Shown here in pieces: positions 54,326 to 63,802 of a DNA stretch of 64,000 bases. Each line of letters begins with the position of its first letter. Within the stretch, counting starts at the first letter, position 1. A model generated the notes under the pieces. The model did no database searches. It was not told the DNA's origin and saw only the letters and a list, made by a program, of their open reading frames with translations. Position numbers and translations under genes: made by a program. Origin of the DNA: a virus; IMG/VR virus record IMGVR_UViG_3300030518_000006, positions 1 through 64,000 of that record; one strand, 5' to 3'.

Positions 54326-55540
54326 ATGGCCCGGTCCTACCAGCCCAACCTCGGGGCGCTCGAGCAGGCCCGGTACCAACACATGCACCGGAGAGCACGC
54401 AACCAGCTGGCCGGGTTGGGAGACGCATCCGTTCCGTACGTCCCGTCGGTCGCGGTCCAGGCAGCGATGACCCCGAACCTGACGGGCAGTGGCCCGACCA
54501 TGACCCAGACCGCAGCGGTCACCGCCACCATGAAGTCGGCAATCATCGCCGCGGCGGTTGAGGTGTCCCTGGCCCAGACCATCGTCTCCACTGTCGGGGA
54601 TGCCGTTATCAGCGCGGCCACAGTCGCCGCTGCCACGGCAATCACCGGTACTGCGGTCGCCGCAGGAGCCGCCGCCACGTCTGCATGCTTGTCCGCCGGG
54701 TGCTGCTGGCCGATTGTCGGGTGGGCCTTCGACGCCTTGGTGATCATCGGGGAATTCATCTCCAGCCAATCCGCCAAGCGCCAGACGGCGTTCGTGATCC
54801 AAGAGACCAAGGATCATATCAGCGCCTATGGCCAGGCGGCCCAGGCCGAGATCGACGCCATGCAACTCCAGATCGGGCAGTCCGTCTACCCGACCGCACA
54901 GGCCCTGGCTGCGTCGACCCAGGCCCTCAACGGCTTCAACGGACTCGGGGGTCTGCCGCCGTGGGCTCGGGAAGTGATCTCCAAGGTCCAGGTCGATCTG
55001 ATCAAGCAGGTCGGCAATCTGATCCTGAGTACCGGTGAACTCGGGGCCAAGATCGTGGGGGACAAGCATGGGGAAGAACTGGCTGCTAAGAAAAAGAAGC
55101 AGTTCGACGACAACTCGGACCGGGTCCAGCAGATGTTCTCCGGCAAGCTCAAGAACCCCTACCGGATGTTCGCCGACGGGCTCGACGATATCGGGCGCAC
55201 CCTCGGGGGTGAGCAGGGCGTGCACGTGATCAACCAGAAGTGCTCTGAACTCCAGACGGCGGCCGAGGCAGACATCGATACCTGGAAGACCCAGACCGAG
55301 GCGGTGCTCCAGACCCCCGACTACACCCAAGCGGTCACCGTCAACATCGCCAAGGCCCTACGCGCGGACCCGAGTTTTACCGCCAATGTCACCACGATCG
55401 CGGCCAACAACCAGATGCTGGTGGCCTACTTCAACGGACTCAACGGGCTCTCCACCGACTCGTCCCGAGCGAACAGCGCCGGTGGCTTGGTGGCGACCCT
55501 CGGAGGCATCGCTGCCGCCCTCTATTTCTTTAAGCATTGA
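54326..55540 (+). CDS. Putative virion membrane/penetration protein
   Basis: LAGLGD, FNGLGG motifs; Ala-rich hydrophobic hairpin ..WPIVGWA..; C-terminal TM. Confidence 0.75.
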   Translation: MARSYQPNLGALEQARYQHMHRRARNQLAGLGDASVPYVPSVAVQAAMTPNLTGSGPTMTQTAAVTATMKSAIIAAAVEVSLAQTIVSTVGDAVISAATVAAATAITGTAVAAGAAATSACLSAGCCWPIVGWAFDALVIIGEFISSQSAKRQTAFVIQETKDHISAYGQAAQAEIDAMQLQIGQSVYPTAQALAASTQALNGFNGLGGLPPWAREVISKVQVDLIKQVGNLILSTGELGAKIVGDKHGEELAAKKKKQFDDNSDRVQQMFSGKLKNPYRMFADGLDDIGRTLGGEQGVHVINQKCSELQTAAEADIDTWKTQTEAVLQTPDYTQAVTVNIAKALRADPSFTANVTTIAANNQMLVAYFNGLNGLSTDSSRANSAGGLVATLGGIAAALYFFKH

Positions 55541-55564
55541 AATACCAACCATACCCCCTATCCT
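55537..55564 (+). promoter_or_regulatory. Candidate sigma70 promoter
   Basis: TTGAAA-16 nt-TATCCT upstream of 55622. Confidence 0.5.
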
Positions 55565-55621
55565 GGCATCATCCGCTCTCATGAGCCCCGCGCCAACTTC
55601 TCCTTTCTAGGAACCCTACCC

Positions 55622-56293
55622 ATGGCTGGCTACCCCTCGATCAATGCTCCCGGCGCCCGTTCGCTCGCGGTGCCCCCGCCCAAGAGCCTGAAGATCCCGC
55701 TCGGGCGCCGACTGGACGCCAAGATGGCGAAGAACCTCATGTCCGCCCGCCCCAAGCGCGTGCCGCGCGACAATGGCGGCGGCGGGTTCTTCCCCGGCAT
55801 GGGTGAAGAGATGGACGAGACCGAGGTCAAGGTCGGGTACTCCGATCTCGGCCGGTGGTACGGCCCGAACCAGCGCCGCCCGGCGACCAGCGGCATGGCG
55901 CGCACCAATCGCCTTGCCGGCCTGGGCGACACCCCGACCGCCGGCTCCGGCACCCCCGGTGCGGCCACCGCGGCTCCCGCCCCGATCATCAAGCGCGTGC
56001 CCAATACCCCGCGTCACCTGGTGACCCAAGGCACCCCGACATCGATCTCCTCGGTCTCCGGCCTCGGCGCGCTGCACGCGGCAGCCCACGCCGCCCACGC
56101 CAAGACCAAGCATGCGGCGATCGTCAAGCACGCGGCGATCAAGGTGCACAAGCTCGCCCCGGCACACGACGGGTTCATGCCCGGCTTCGGCGCCTTCGAC
56201 ATGGCGAGCCTGACCAGCCCCAAGATGCTCATCGGCGGGGCGCTCGCCTTCGGCGCCTGGTATTTCCTGCTCCGCAAGAAGCGCCGCGCCTGA
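55622..56293 (+). CDS. Basic virion protein with multiple hxG(L/F/M)G motifs and C-terminal anchor
   Basis: FPGMGE, LAGLGD, VSGLGA, MPGFGA; ends ALAFGAWYFLLRKKRRA. Confidence 0.75.
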   Translation: MAGYPSINAPGARSLAVPPPKSLKIPLGRRLDAKMAKNLMSARPKRVPRDNGGGGFFPGMGEEMDETEVKVGYSDLGRWYGPNQRRPATSGMARTNRLAGLGDTPTAGSGTPGAATAAPAPIIKRVPNTPRHLVTQGTPTSISSVSGLGALHAAAHAAHAKTKHAAIVKHAAIKVHKLAPAHDGFMPGFGAFDMASLTSPKMLIGGALAFGAWYFLLRKKRRA

Positions 56294-56296
56294 GCC

Positions 56297-56746
56297 ATGG
56301 GCTGGCTGACCCCCGAGATCACCGCCCCCGTCACCCTGAAGCTCACCGCTGATGACGTGCGGCGCGAGGCCCTGGGGCGGATCCTGTCGCTCTCCGGGGC
56401 AAGTGTCGGCATCATCGGGGGCATCCTGATCCTGTCCGCGAATCCGGCGCTCAAGGGCGCGGTCACCGCCGGACAGGGCCAGACCATCACCCTGAGCGTC
56501 GCGGACGCCAAGAAGAGCGCCCTGGGCAAGTCCTTGGCCCTCATCGGTACTGGCATCGGTGTGGCAGGCTCCCTGCTGGTGATGAGCTCGAACCCGAAGT
56601 CCAAGGCCAAATTCGCGTCCGCCTATGACGCCCTGCCCGCCGGACTCAAGACCCACAAGAACGTGCTGATGGCCCTCGGTGGTGCCGCCGTGGTCGGCGG
56701 GATCGCCTACATGCTCAAACTCCAGAACTCGCAGTACGCCACATGA
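56297..56746 (+). CDS. Three-TM membrane protein
   Basis: Three Gly-rich hydrophobic segments. Confidence 0.75.
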   Translation: MGWLTPEITAPVTLKLTADDVRREALGRILSLSGASVGIIGGILILSANPALKGAVTAGQGQTITLSVADAKKSALGKSLALIGTGIGVAGSLLVMSSNPKSKAKFASAYDALPAGLKTHKNVLMALGGAAVVGGIAYMLKLQNSQYAT

Positions 56747-58536
56747 GCGACAACATCTTCACCCCGGTCGGCAACACGGACGAGGCGTCGGCCCTGATGG
56801 GAACCAGCGGCCGGGTCTGGTCCCCCTTCTCCCCGTTCTTCAACCAGCGCGCCGCGGTGAAGCGAGACTTCGCCGAAGAGCGCGGCCGGTTCAAGCGCAT
56901 CATGCGCCGCAATCCCCTCTCCGAGCAGGAGAAGCTCGCCCTGGTCAGCGGCACCGATCCCAAGGCTATCGTCCCGGTCACTGCCTCGCTCGCCGTCGGC
57001 GGCTTGATCGTGAACCGTGCTTGGGAGGATGCCGCTGACTACTGCGAGTATCTGGTCCGCCACTACCATTCCCGGATAGGTGGTGCGCGAGCGAAGGCGG
57101 ACGCTGCGCGAGCGAAGAAGGGGCAGGGCCCGAAGATCATATCCAGTTCAGCCATTACCTGGGCGGTGGCGTTCAGCGCCATCGGCCAATACTGCAGGGC
57201 CCTGGCCGAGGGCCGGGAGCCGACGCGCCCTGCGCGCACCATCGCCGACCGGAAGGTGGGGGCGGTGATCTCGATGTGGGATGACGTCCGCAAGTCCTGC
57301 CTGGCCGCGGAGGGCAACGTCAAGCTGCCGTTTGCCGCCTATTCCGAGATGCCGGTGGTGACCTGCCCCGGTGCCGGTGGGGTGACCAAGTTCTCCGGCC
57401 TGACGGGCAAGACCCTCGGCGTGGCAGTGCCAACCGGTCCCGATGTCCGCGGTTGCGCGTCCTTCTGCTACTCCCTGAAGGCCTTCGGCAAGCCCACCTG
57501 CGTCGCCCGCCAGCTGATCCTGACCCTCGGCGCGGCTGTGGATCCGGTGCGCCACGCCCAGGTAGTCACCGAGCAGATGACCAAGCTCGCCAAGAAGGGG
57601 ACCAAGATCCTGCGCCTGTTTGTCGATGGGGACTTCCGCAGCGAAGCCTCGATCATTGCCTGGATGGACCACTGCGTCCGCCCGCTGCATGCGCTCGGCG
57701 TCACCGTCTATGGGTACAGCAAGTCGTGGGAGCATCTCCATGCCGTGCACCGGCAGAAGGGCGCATCCTGGTGGCCGACCAACTATGTGATGAACATCTC
57801 GAGCGGCAGCCGCTTCGCATCGGATCCGACCTGGCAGGCGCGCATCCGTGAACTGCCGGTTGCCCGCGGCGGTTTCCTGGCGGTGGATCCAATCCAGCGT
57901 CTGCTGTGGAAGGCGATGACCAAGGTTCACGGTGAAGCGGTCTGGCAGAAGTACTGCAACGCGGCCAGCCGACACGTCGGTCACCCCGGTGCGGCCGAGA
58001 AGCTCCTGCATGCTGTGAAGTCCATGATTGGCAAGGCGAACCCGGCCCTCGTCACCGATTACAACAACTACGTCAACACCATCCACATCATCGAGAATAA
58101 GCCGAGTGTGCTCAAGCGCATCGCCTCGATCGCCGGCGAGAAGGCACTCAAGCCGGGCCCAGTTGTCCAGGCCAGCACCTGGGCCTTCTTGTCCGAGCTG
58201 GTCAAGGGGCAGGAGATGCCGTGCCCGATCGCATGCGGGTCGTGCCCAAAGACCGCGATCATCACCCACGACAAGGTTGTGCGCGCCGCCTTGCAGCCGG
58301 AGCTCGATGCCCTCGGGGCCGAAATGCAGAAGAAGCACGGGATCTCGGAGAAGGAGCGCCGAGACTGGGAGGAACACGTCCGGGGCACCGACGCGACGAC
58401 CGTGTCTGCTGGCGAGGCTGAGGCCCGCAAGAACTACCGCGCCCAGGTCGCCGCCCAGATCGAGAAGGGCTCACCGCTCATGCACTGGTGCGGGAACAAG
58501 AAGATGAAGCAAGACATCATCATCGGGTTGCATTGA
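56743..58536 (+). CDS. GP88-like Cys-motif protein with N-terminal RRNP
   Basis: TCPGAG ... CASFCY ... LRLFVDGDF ... YGYSKSW ... PTNYVMNISSGS; CPIACGSC. Confidence 0.7.
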   Translation: MSDNIFTPVGNTDEASALMGTSGRVWSPFSPFFNQRAAVKRDFAEERGRFKRIMRRNPLSEQEKLALVSGTDPKAIVPVTASLAVGGLIVNRAWEDAADYCEYLVRHYHSRIGGARAKADAARAKKGQGPKIISSSAITWAVAFSAIGQYCRALAEGREPTRPARTIADRKVGAVISMWDDVRKSCLAAEGNVKLPFAAYSEMPVVTCPGAGGVTKFSGLTGKTLGVAVPTGPDVRGCASFCYSLKAFGKPTCVARQLILTLGAAVDPVRHAQVVTEQMTKLAKKGTKILRLFVDGDFRSEASIIAWMDHCVRPLHALGVTVYGYSKSWEHLHAVHRQKGASWWPTNYVMNISSGSRFASDPTWQARIRELPVARGGFLAVDPIQRLLWKAMTKVHGEAVWQKYCNAASRHVGHPGAAEKLLHAVKSMIGKANPALVTDYNNYVNTIHIIENKPSVLKRIASIAGEKALKPGPVVQASTWAFLSELVKGQEMPCPIACGSCPKTAIITHDKVVRAALQPELDALGAEMQKKHGISEKERRDWEEHVRGTDATTVSAGEAEARKNYRAQVAAQIEKGSPLMHWCGNKKMKQDIIIGLH

Positions 58537-58605
58537 CGTGCTAACTGGCCCCCGTTCACGAATTCCAGTAGAATCCGCCACAACCCTGGATACAGTAGGC
58601 CACCT

Positions 58606-59040
58606 ATGATCCGCCGACGCCGCAGCCATCGCCGCTTCCGCCGCAACGCGCGCCCTGGTGAGAACCAGATCCCGACCGTGCGCATCGTCCGCCGGCCGAG
58701 CAAGAACCCCCGCCGCTTCATCCGCCGCAATGTGCCGATCACCCCGGCGCAGGCTGCCGCGATGAAGGCTGTCCTCCGAGCTCACGGCTACCTCAAGACC
58801 AACCCACTCCGCCGTCGCCACAAGCGGCGCAATCCCCGAAAGCACCGCATGGCACGCCATCACCGCAAGGTCCGCCGGAACCCCGCACCCCCGAAGGGCA
58901 AGCGCGCTGGCAGCGTGTTCAAGCGCAAGGGCAAGTGGTTCCGCATCTCACTCAAGAAGGTCCGCAAGGGTCGCCGCGTCGTCCGCCGCCGCGTCACCGT
59001 CAAGACCACCGCCCGCGCCGCGAAGCGCAGCCGCCGCTAA
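58606..59040 (+). CDS. Protamine-like Arg/Lys-rich core protein with (R/K)xNP repeats
   Basis: Extremely basic; SKNP, KTNP, RRNP x2. Confidence 0.75.
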   Translation: MIRRRRSHRRFRRNARPGENQIPTVRIVRRPSKNPRRFIRRNVPITPAQAAAMKAVLRAHGYLKTNPLRRRHKRRNPRKHRMARHHRKVRRNPAPPKGKRAGSVFKRKGKWFRISLKKVRKGRRVVRRRVTVKTTARAAKRSRR

Positions 59041-59074
59041 GCCTGCTCACCCTCACCTGATTCTGGAGACTCCC

Positions 59075-59305
59075 ATGCCCCGTCGCCGCCACAGCCGCTA
59101 CCGCCGGAACCCCGGCAAGCTCCCCGTCAAGGTCACCTTCCGCAAGGGTGGCAAGCACGTGGTGATCTTCCGTCACCACAAGGCCACCGCCGCGACCAAG
59201 GCCAAGCGCCGGGCCGCGGGCAAGCGCCTTGCCAAGATGTGGACCGCCAAGGAGCGGATGGCGAACCTGCGCAAGGCGTGGGCTGCGAACCGCCGCCGTC
59301 GCTGA
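59075..59305 (+). CDS. Small basic core protein with RRNP
   Basis: GGAGA RBS; MPRRRHSRYRRNPGK. Confidence 0.75.
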   Translation: MPRRRHSRYRRNPGKLPVKVTFRKGGKHVVIFRHHKATAATKAKRRAAGKRLAKMWTAKERMANLRKAWAANRRRR

Positions 59306-59378
59306 GTCGACCGTCAGCTGACCCGCAGCCCGGTCCTCCGCATCCTTGCGCGACCGGGCGGCACACCAGGACGAGCAC

Positions 59379-60470
59379 ATGCTCCCGCTCATCATCGGCA
59401 TCGGCGCCGCAGCCCTCCTCCTCGGCCGTAAGGTCGTACGACGGACACGTCGGAATCCGCGGACGTATCGGCGGGTGAGTCGGAGGAATCCGCTAGAGGC
59501 CTATCACTTCTACTTCAGCACCCACCCGTCACTGATCCACGGGAAGCGTATCGGGTGGACCCGTTACGGCATGAGCGCCGAGCAAGTGAAACGGCTTGGC
59601 ATCGCAGCAGCGAAACATGACTACCCGAAGGCCTGTGACTTCGCAGTGGCGAAGATCAAGAAAGGTTTACGGGCCAACCCCCTCCGCCGCGGCTCCTCCC
59701 GTGCCACCATCAGCGGCAACATCCGTAAGCTGATCCATGAAGGGCGCCCGCAGAAGCAGGCCATCGCCATCGCGCTGCGCACCGCTGGTGTCGCACGACG
59801 CAACCCGACCAACTGGGAGCAGCTGTTCGCCCAGGAGATGGCCCGCCAGCGCGCCGCTGGCACTGCAGCGCCCAAGCCGACCGGGTATGCAAGCGTCGCG
59901 ACGATGCCGAACCCCGGGAAAATAGGGAATCGAATCGTCGCGCGTCACATGATCATGACGCAGGGGCGTGATAAATCTCTGCGCGAAGCGATTGATAAGC
60001 AACTCATGTATTCCCCTGGATCCAGGGAGCGTAAGAACTGGGCAGAGATTGCCCGTATCCTCGCGGGCAAGACCAATCCACCCCGCCGCAAGGGCAAGCG
60101 CAAGGTCCGCCGCTCAAAGATCTCGGTGAGTCAGGCTGCGGCGCGGCTGATGCAGTGGCGGTGGCATCACAACCCGGGAGGCAGCGATCTGGTGCCCTGG
60201 ATTGTCGAGACCACCGAGATGCGCGGCTTCTCCCACGGCAAGCCCAACATCCGCACCGAGAAGAGCGCCTTCCGCGGTAAGAGCCACACCGCCAAGGCTC
60301 TCGCTGCTTGGGTGCTGCGCTACAACCAGTCCTTCACCTCGGGCGGGGTCAACAGTCACGCTTCCAAGGCCTTCGGCTACGAGCCCTACGCCTTCAAGGC
60401 CAAGCTGATCAACCAGCGCAATGGGCGAGTCGCCGCGACCTACAGCGCTCCGAAGTTCCAGGTGCTCTGA
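59379..60470 (+). CDS. N-terminally anchored basic polyprotein-like protein segmented by xxNP motifs
   Basis: AGGA RBS; TM MLPLIIGIGAAALLLG; RRNP x3, RANP, MPNP, KTNP, HHNP. Confidence 0.75.
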   Translation: MLPLIIGIGAAALLLGRKVVRRTRRNPRTYRRVSRRNPLEAYHFYFSTHPSLIHGKRIGWTRYGMSAEQVKRLGIAAAKHDYPKACDFAVAKIKKGLRANPLRRGSSRATISGNIRKLIHEGRPQKQAIAIALRTAGVARRNPTNWEQLFAQEMARQRAAGTAAPKPTGYASVATMPNPGKIGNRIVARHMIMTQGRDKSLREAIDKQLMYSPGSRERKNWAEIARILAGKTNPPRRKGKRKVRRSKISVSQAAARLMQWRWHHNPGGSDLVPWIVETTEMRGFSHGKPNIRTEKSAFRGKSHTAKALAAWVLRYNQSFTSGGVNSHASKAFGYEPYAFKAKLINQRNGRVAATYSAPKFQVL

Positions 60471-60473
60471 CCC

Positions 60474-63400
60474 ATGCGCTCCGCCACCCCCTCCCTCGCC
60501 GACGGCGACATCAACGCCGACTACAGCGTCCTGCCGGAGAACGGCAACGACGCGGTCGACGCGACCGTCCAGAAGATGGTCGAGATGGCGGCCGGCAAGT
60601 GGGGCCGCGAGAGTCCCAAGATCCGCGCTGCGGCGATCAACATCGTGCGGGGTCTGGATCCGATCACTGGCGAACGATTCGCGCCTCAGGTCGCCAGCAA
60701 GGACTACTACGGGATGCTCGAGCAGATCCACAACTGGGTCCGCGACAACATCATGTATGTCAAGGACGTAGTGGGTCAGGAAACCCTGAGTTATCCCGAA
60801 GAAACGCTCTTCAACTCCCGTGCAGAGGACTGTGATGGGCAAGTGATTCTGGAGATGGCCCTCCTCGGCTCGATCGGCTTGCAGAGCTATCCCGTCATCG
60901 TCGGGATGTTCCCGGGCCACTACTCACACGTCTACATGTATGCCGAGGTGCCCCCGGGGCGCCATCGCAACGCCGACACCACCTGGGCCGCCGATCCCAT
61001 CATGAAGGACTGGCCGCTTGGCAGGGAGGCCCCGGCTGATAGGGTCAAGGCTAAGAAGGTCTACTCGAACCTCGCAGGATTTAACATGCCACTCAACGGA
61101 TATGCTTCTTCCGACGCGGCGTTCTCTCCCCAGGACGAGCTCGAGGCCACGCAAGTCGGCACCGTGCTCGCCACCCGCCTGACCGACTCCGGGGGTGCTG
61201 GGCAGATCGTCAATGCGAACCGCCTGACCCAGTGGGGCGATGAGCTGGACGACATGTTCAATGCCGAAGCGACCGTCAATCCGATGCAGGCCGCGCCTGC
61301 CAGCCTGCTCTACGCCCGCGGCCCGGTGGTCGCCCGTGCAGCACGCGAGCAGACCTCCTACCTCAGCGAAGCCCCGCTCGGCGGGGGACGCAACCGGCCC
61401 GGGATGCGCCGTGGCCCCCTGATCATCACGGTCAAGGACAAGGCAGTCGGCGATTCGGTCACCAAGCCCAAGGCTCCGACCGTCAACGGCCTGATGGGCC
61501 TGGCAGACTACCTCGGTGAGCTCGCCCCGATCGCCAAGGTGGTCGGCAAGCGCATGAGCGTGAACGGCAAGCGCGACGCGCTCCATGCCACAGCGGCGGC
61601 AGCCCACCTCGCCAAGAACCAGGCCAAGAAGGCGACCAACCGGGTGGTCAAGCTGCAGCGCGACGGGTTCATGCCCGGCTTCGGCGCCGACATGCAGCCG
61701 GACAAGACGCTCGATGTCGCCATGCAGATCGAGAAGCTGGCCCACCAGGTCTCGGCCCAGGCCGATCAGATCGCCCAGCTCGCCGCCGGCAGCAGCCCAC
61801 TCCGCCAGCAGGCCCTGAGTGTCGATCTCGGGGCGATGGACTACATGAACGAGCATGCCGCGGTGTCGGACCTGCTCGACAACATGCAGCTCCCCAACGT
61901 GCCGACCAAGGACATGGCCAAGCTCAAGTCCGTCGCCCTGGTCAACTGCATCCAGGATCCGGACGTCAAGCAGCTCGCCGTCGATCTCGCCCAGACCGAT
62001 CTGCCGACCGCACCTGGTGCACGCGTCAAGACCCGGCTGCCCGAGGGCGCCATCGTGCGTGACCAGATGGGCAAGGTCATCCAGAATGGCGGGGGTGATG
62101 ATAGCCTGGCCGGCCTGGGCGAACTCACCCGCAAGCGCCGCATCAAGCGCGCCCTGGCCGAGTTCAACGAGAGCACCGACACCAGCGCCATCGCCAACGC
62201 CCTGCGCGCCTCGGCGAATGGCCTGGCGGGCTACGCGAATGAACCGGGCCTCGGGCGTTCCCTGAGCCAGGCCATCAGCGGCGTGGCCAAGTCCGTGGTC
62301 GCCAGCATCACGGTCCCCGTCAAAGCTGCGGTCGCGACCGTGGTCGACCCGATCAAGCTCGCCCAGACCGTCGCCACCGGCGGCTCGGTGAAGGCGGCGC
62401 TCACGAGTGACGTCCAGAACGTCACCAACCCGATGAACCAGGCGCTCAAGCAGATCGTCACCAGCACCCAGAAGGCTCCCTCGACCCCGGCGACCCCGGC
62501 GACCCAGTATGAAGACGCCAACGGCAATATCATCAGCGCTGGGTTGTACAACAGCCTGATGTTGAACCCGTCGACCCCTGAGAGTTGCTTCGACGCGAAC
62601 GGCAGCGCCCTGAACACGACCGGCTGCGTCTACGCGCCGGGCACCCCGGGCGCGACCGTGACCCAGACCACCGGCGCGTCGACCCTGTCCCAGTTCCCCG
62701 GCGGGACCTGCTTCAGCGCATCCGGTGCCTCGACCGGTGCGACCGGATGCTTCAGCCCGTCGACCGGTGCGGCCTGCTGGACCTTCACCAGCGCCACGAC
62801 CGCCCCGACCGCGACCAACGCGGCCCCGGACTGCCCGATGGCTCCGGTGTCTGGATACAACCCCCAGGTCATGGGCCCCTATGCCAGCGGCCCGGGCGCT
62901 CAATGCTTCAACGTGACCACGGGTCAGCCGACCGGTGTGCCGGGATGCACGAGCCCCTCGACCGGTGTGGCGTGCTACGCCTGGCAGGGCCCGTCCGCCC
63001 CGCCGGTCGCGACCAATGCCGCGCCTGACTGCGCCGGGGCGACGTACAATCCGTACGCTGCCCAGCAGCCGTACTATCCGCCCGGCGGCGGTGCGTCACC
63101 GTACGACCAGTCCACGCCCGATGGCACCAACTACGACCCGAATACGGGTGAGAGCCTGACCTCGACCCCGGACTACTCCAACCAGGGTCCCCCGGACGAC
63201 AGCGGCTTCGGGCCCGACCAGATGGGCCCGGCGTCCTATGCGGACAACAGTCAGCAGGACGAGAACACCGTGGCGGTCTCGGCCAGCGGTGGCGGCGGGT
63301 TCGACCCCTCGGGCAACTCGGGCATCACCGCCGGCGGCCAGTCTGACAGCGGTGATGATGGCTCGGATGATGGCGGCTCGGATGATGGCGGCTCGGATGA

Positions 63401-63800
63401 TGGCGGCACTGATGATGGCTCGGGCGATGCGACCGATGTGTCCCAGTACAACGCCCCGTCCCAGGCCCCGAAGCACAAGAAGCACAAGTATTACAACATG
63501 GACACCGACTCGGGCGGTGACAACTCGGACACCAGCGACAGCGGCGAGGCCTCCGACGATGACAGTGACCTCGACACCGGGATCAACGGCGACGTGGCCA
63601 CGGGGGACATGTACCCCGAGGACGATCTCAACGAGGATGGGGGCGCCGGCTACGGCCGGGGCACCGCCCTGACCCCGTCGATCGAAGGCCTCGGGGCCTT
63701 CTCCGCCTCCAGCCTGGTCAAGCCGGCACTCGCGATCGGCCTGGGCATCATCCTGTGGAAGACCGTCGGTAAGAAGCTCTTCAAGCGGAAGCGTGCCTGA
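60474..63800 (+). CDS. Transglutaminase-like (Cys-His-Asp) domain fused to long virion polyprotein-like region with C-terminal anchor
   Basis: WVRDNIMY..D; EDCDG; YSHVY; WAADP; then multiple GLG/GFG motifs, Cys repeats, acidic region, TM plus KKLFKRKRA. Confidence 0.8.
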   Translation: MRSATPSLADGDINADYSVLPENGNDAVDATVQKMVEMAAGKWGRESPKIRAAAINIVRGLDPITGERFAPQVASKDYYGMLEQIHNWVRDNIMYVKDVVGQETLSYPEETLFNSRAEDCDGQVILEMALLGSIGLQSYPVIVGMFPGHYSHVYMYAEVPPGRHRNADTTWAADPIMKDWPLGREAPADRVKAKKVYSNLAGFNMPLNGYASSDAAFSPQDELEATQVGTVLATRLTDSGGAGQIVNANRLTQWGDELDDMFNAEATVNPMQAAPASLLYARGPVVARAAREQTSYLSEAPLGGGRNRPGMRRGPLIITVKDKAVGDSVTKPKAPTVNGLMGLADYLGELAPIAKVVGKRMSVNGKRDALHATAAAAHLAKNQAKKATNRVVKLQRDGFMPGFGADMQPDKTLDVAMQIEKLAHQVSAQADQIAQLAAGSSPLRQQALSVDLGAMDYMNEHAAVSDLLDNMQLPNVPTKDMAKLKSVALVNCIQDPDVKQLAVDLAQTDLPTAPGARVKTRLPEGAIVRDQMGKVIQNGGGDDSLAGLGELTRKRRIKRALAEFNESTDTSAIANALRASANGLAGYANEPGLGRSLSQAISGVAKSVVASITVPVKAAVATVVDPIKLAQTVATGGSVKAALTSDVQNVTNPMNQALKQIVTSTQKAPSTPATPATQYEDANGNIISAGLYNSLMLNPSTPESCFDANGSALNTTGCVYAPGTPGATVTQTTGASTLSQFPGGTCFSASGASTGATGCFSPSTGAACWTFTSATTAPTATNAAPDCPMAPVSGYNPQVMGPYASGPGAQCFNVTTGQPTGVPGCTSPSTGVACYAWQGPSAPPVATNAAPDCAGATYNPYAAQQPYYPPGGGASPYDQSTPDGTNYDPNTGESLTSTPDYSNQGPPDDSGFGPDQMGPASYADNSQQDENTVAVSASGGGGFDPSGNSGITAGGQSDSGDDGSDDGGSDDGGSDDGGTDDGSGDATDVSQYNAPSQAPKHKKHKYYNMDTDSGGDNSDTSDSGEASDDDSDLDTGINGDVATGDMYPEDDLNEDGGAGYGRGTALTPSIEGLGAFSASSLVKPALAIGLGIILWKTVGKKLFKRKRA
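63354..63423 (+). repeat. Tandem 15-bp repeat GATGATGGCGGCTCG (DDGGS)n
   Basis: Direct reading, about 5 imperfect units. Confidence 0.85.
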
Positions 63801-63802
63801 TC

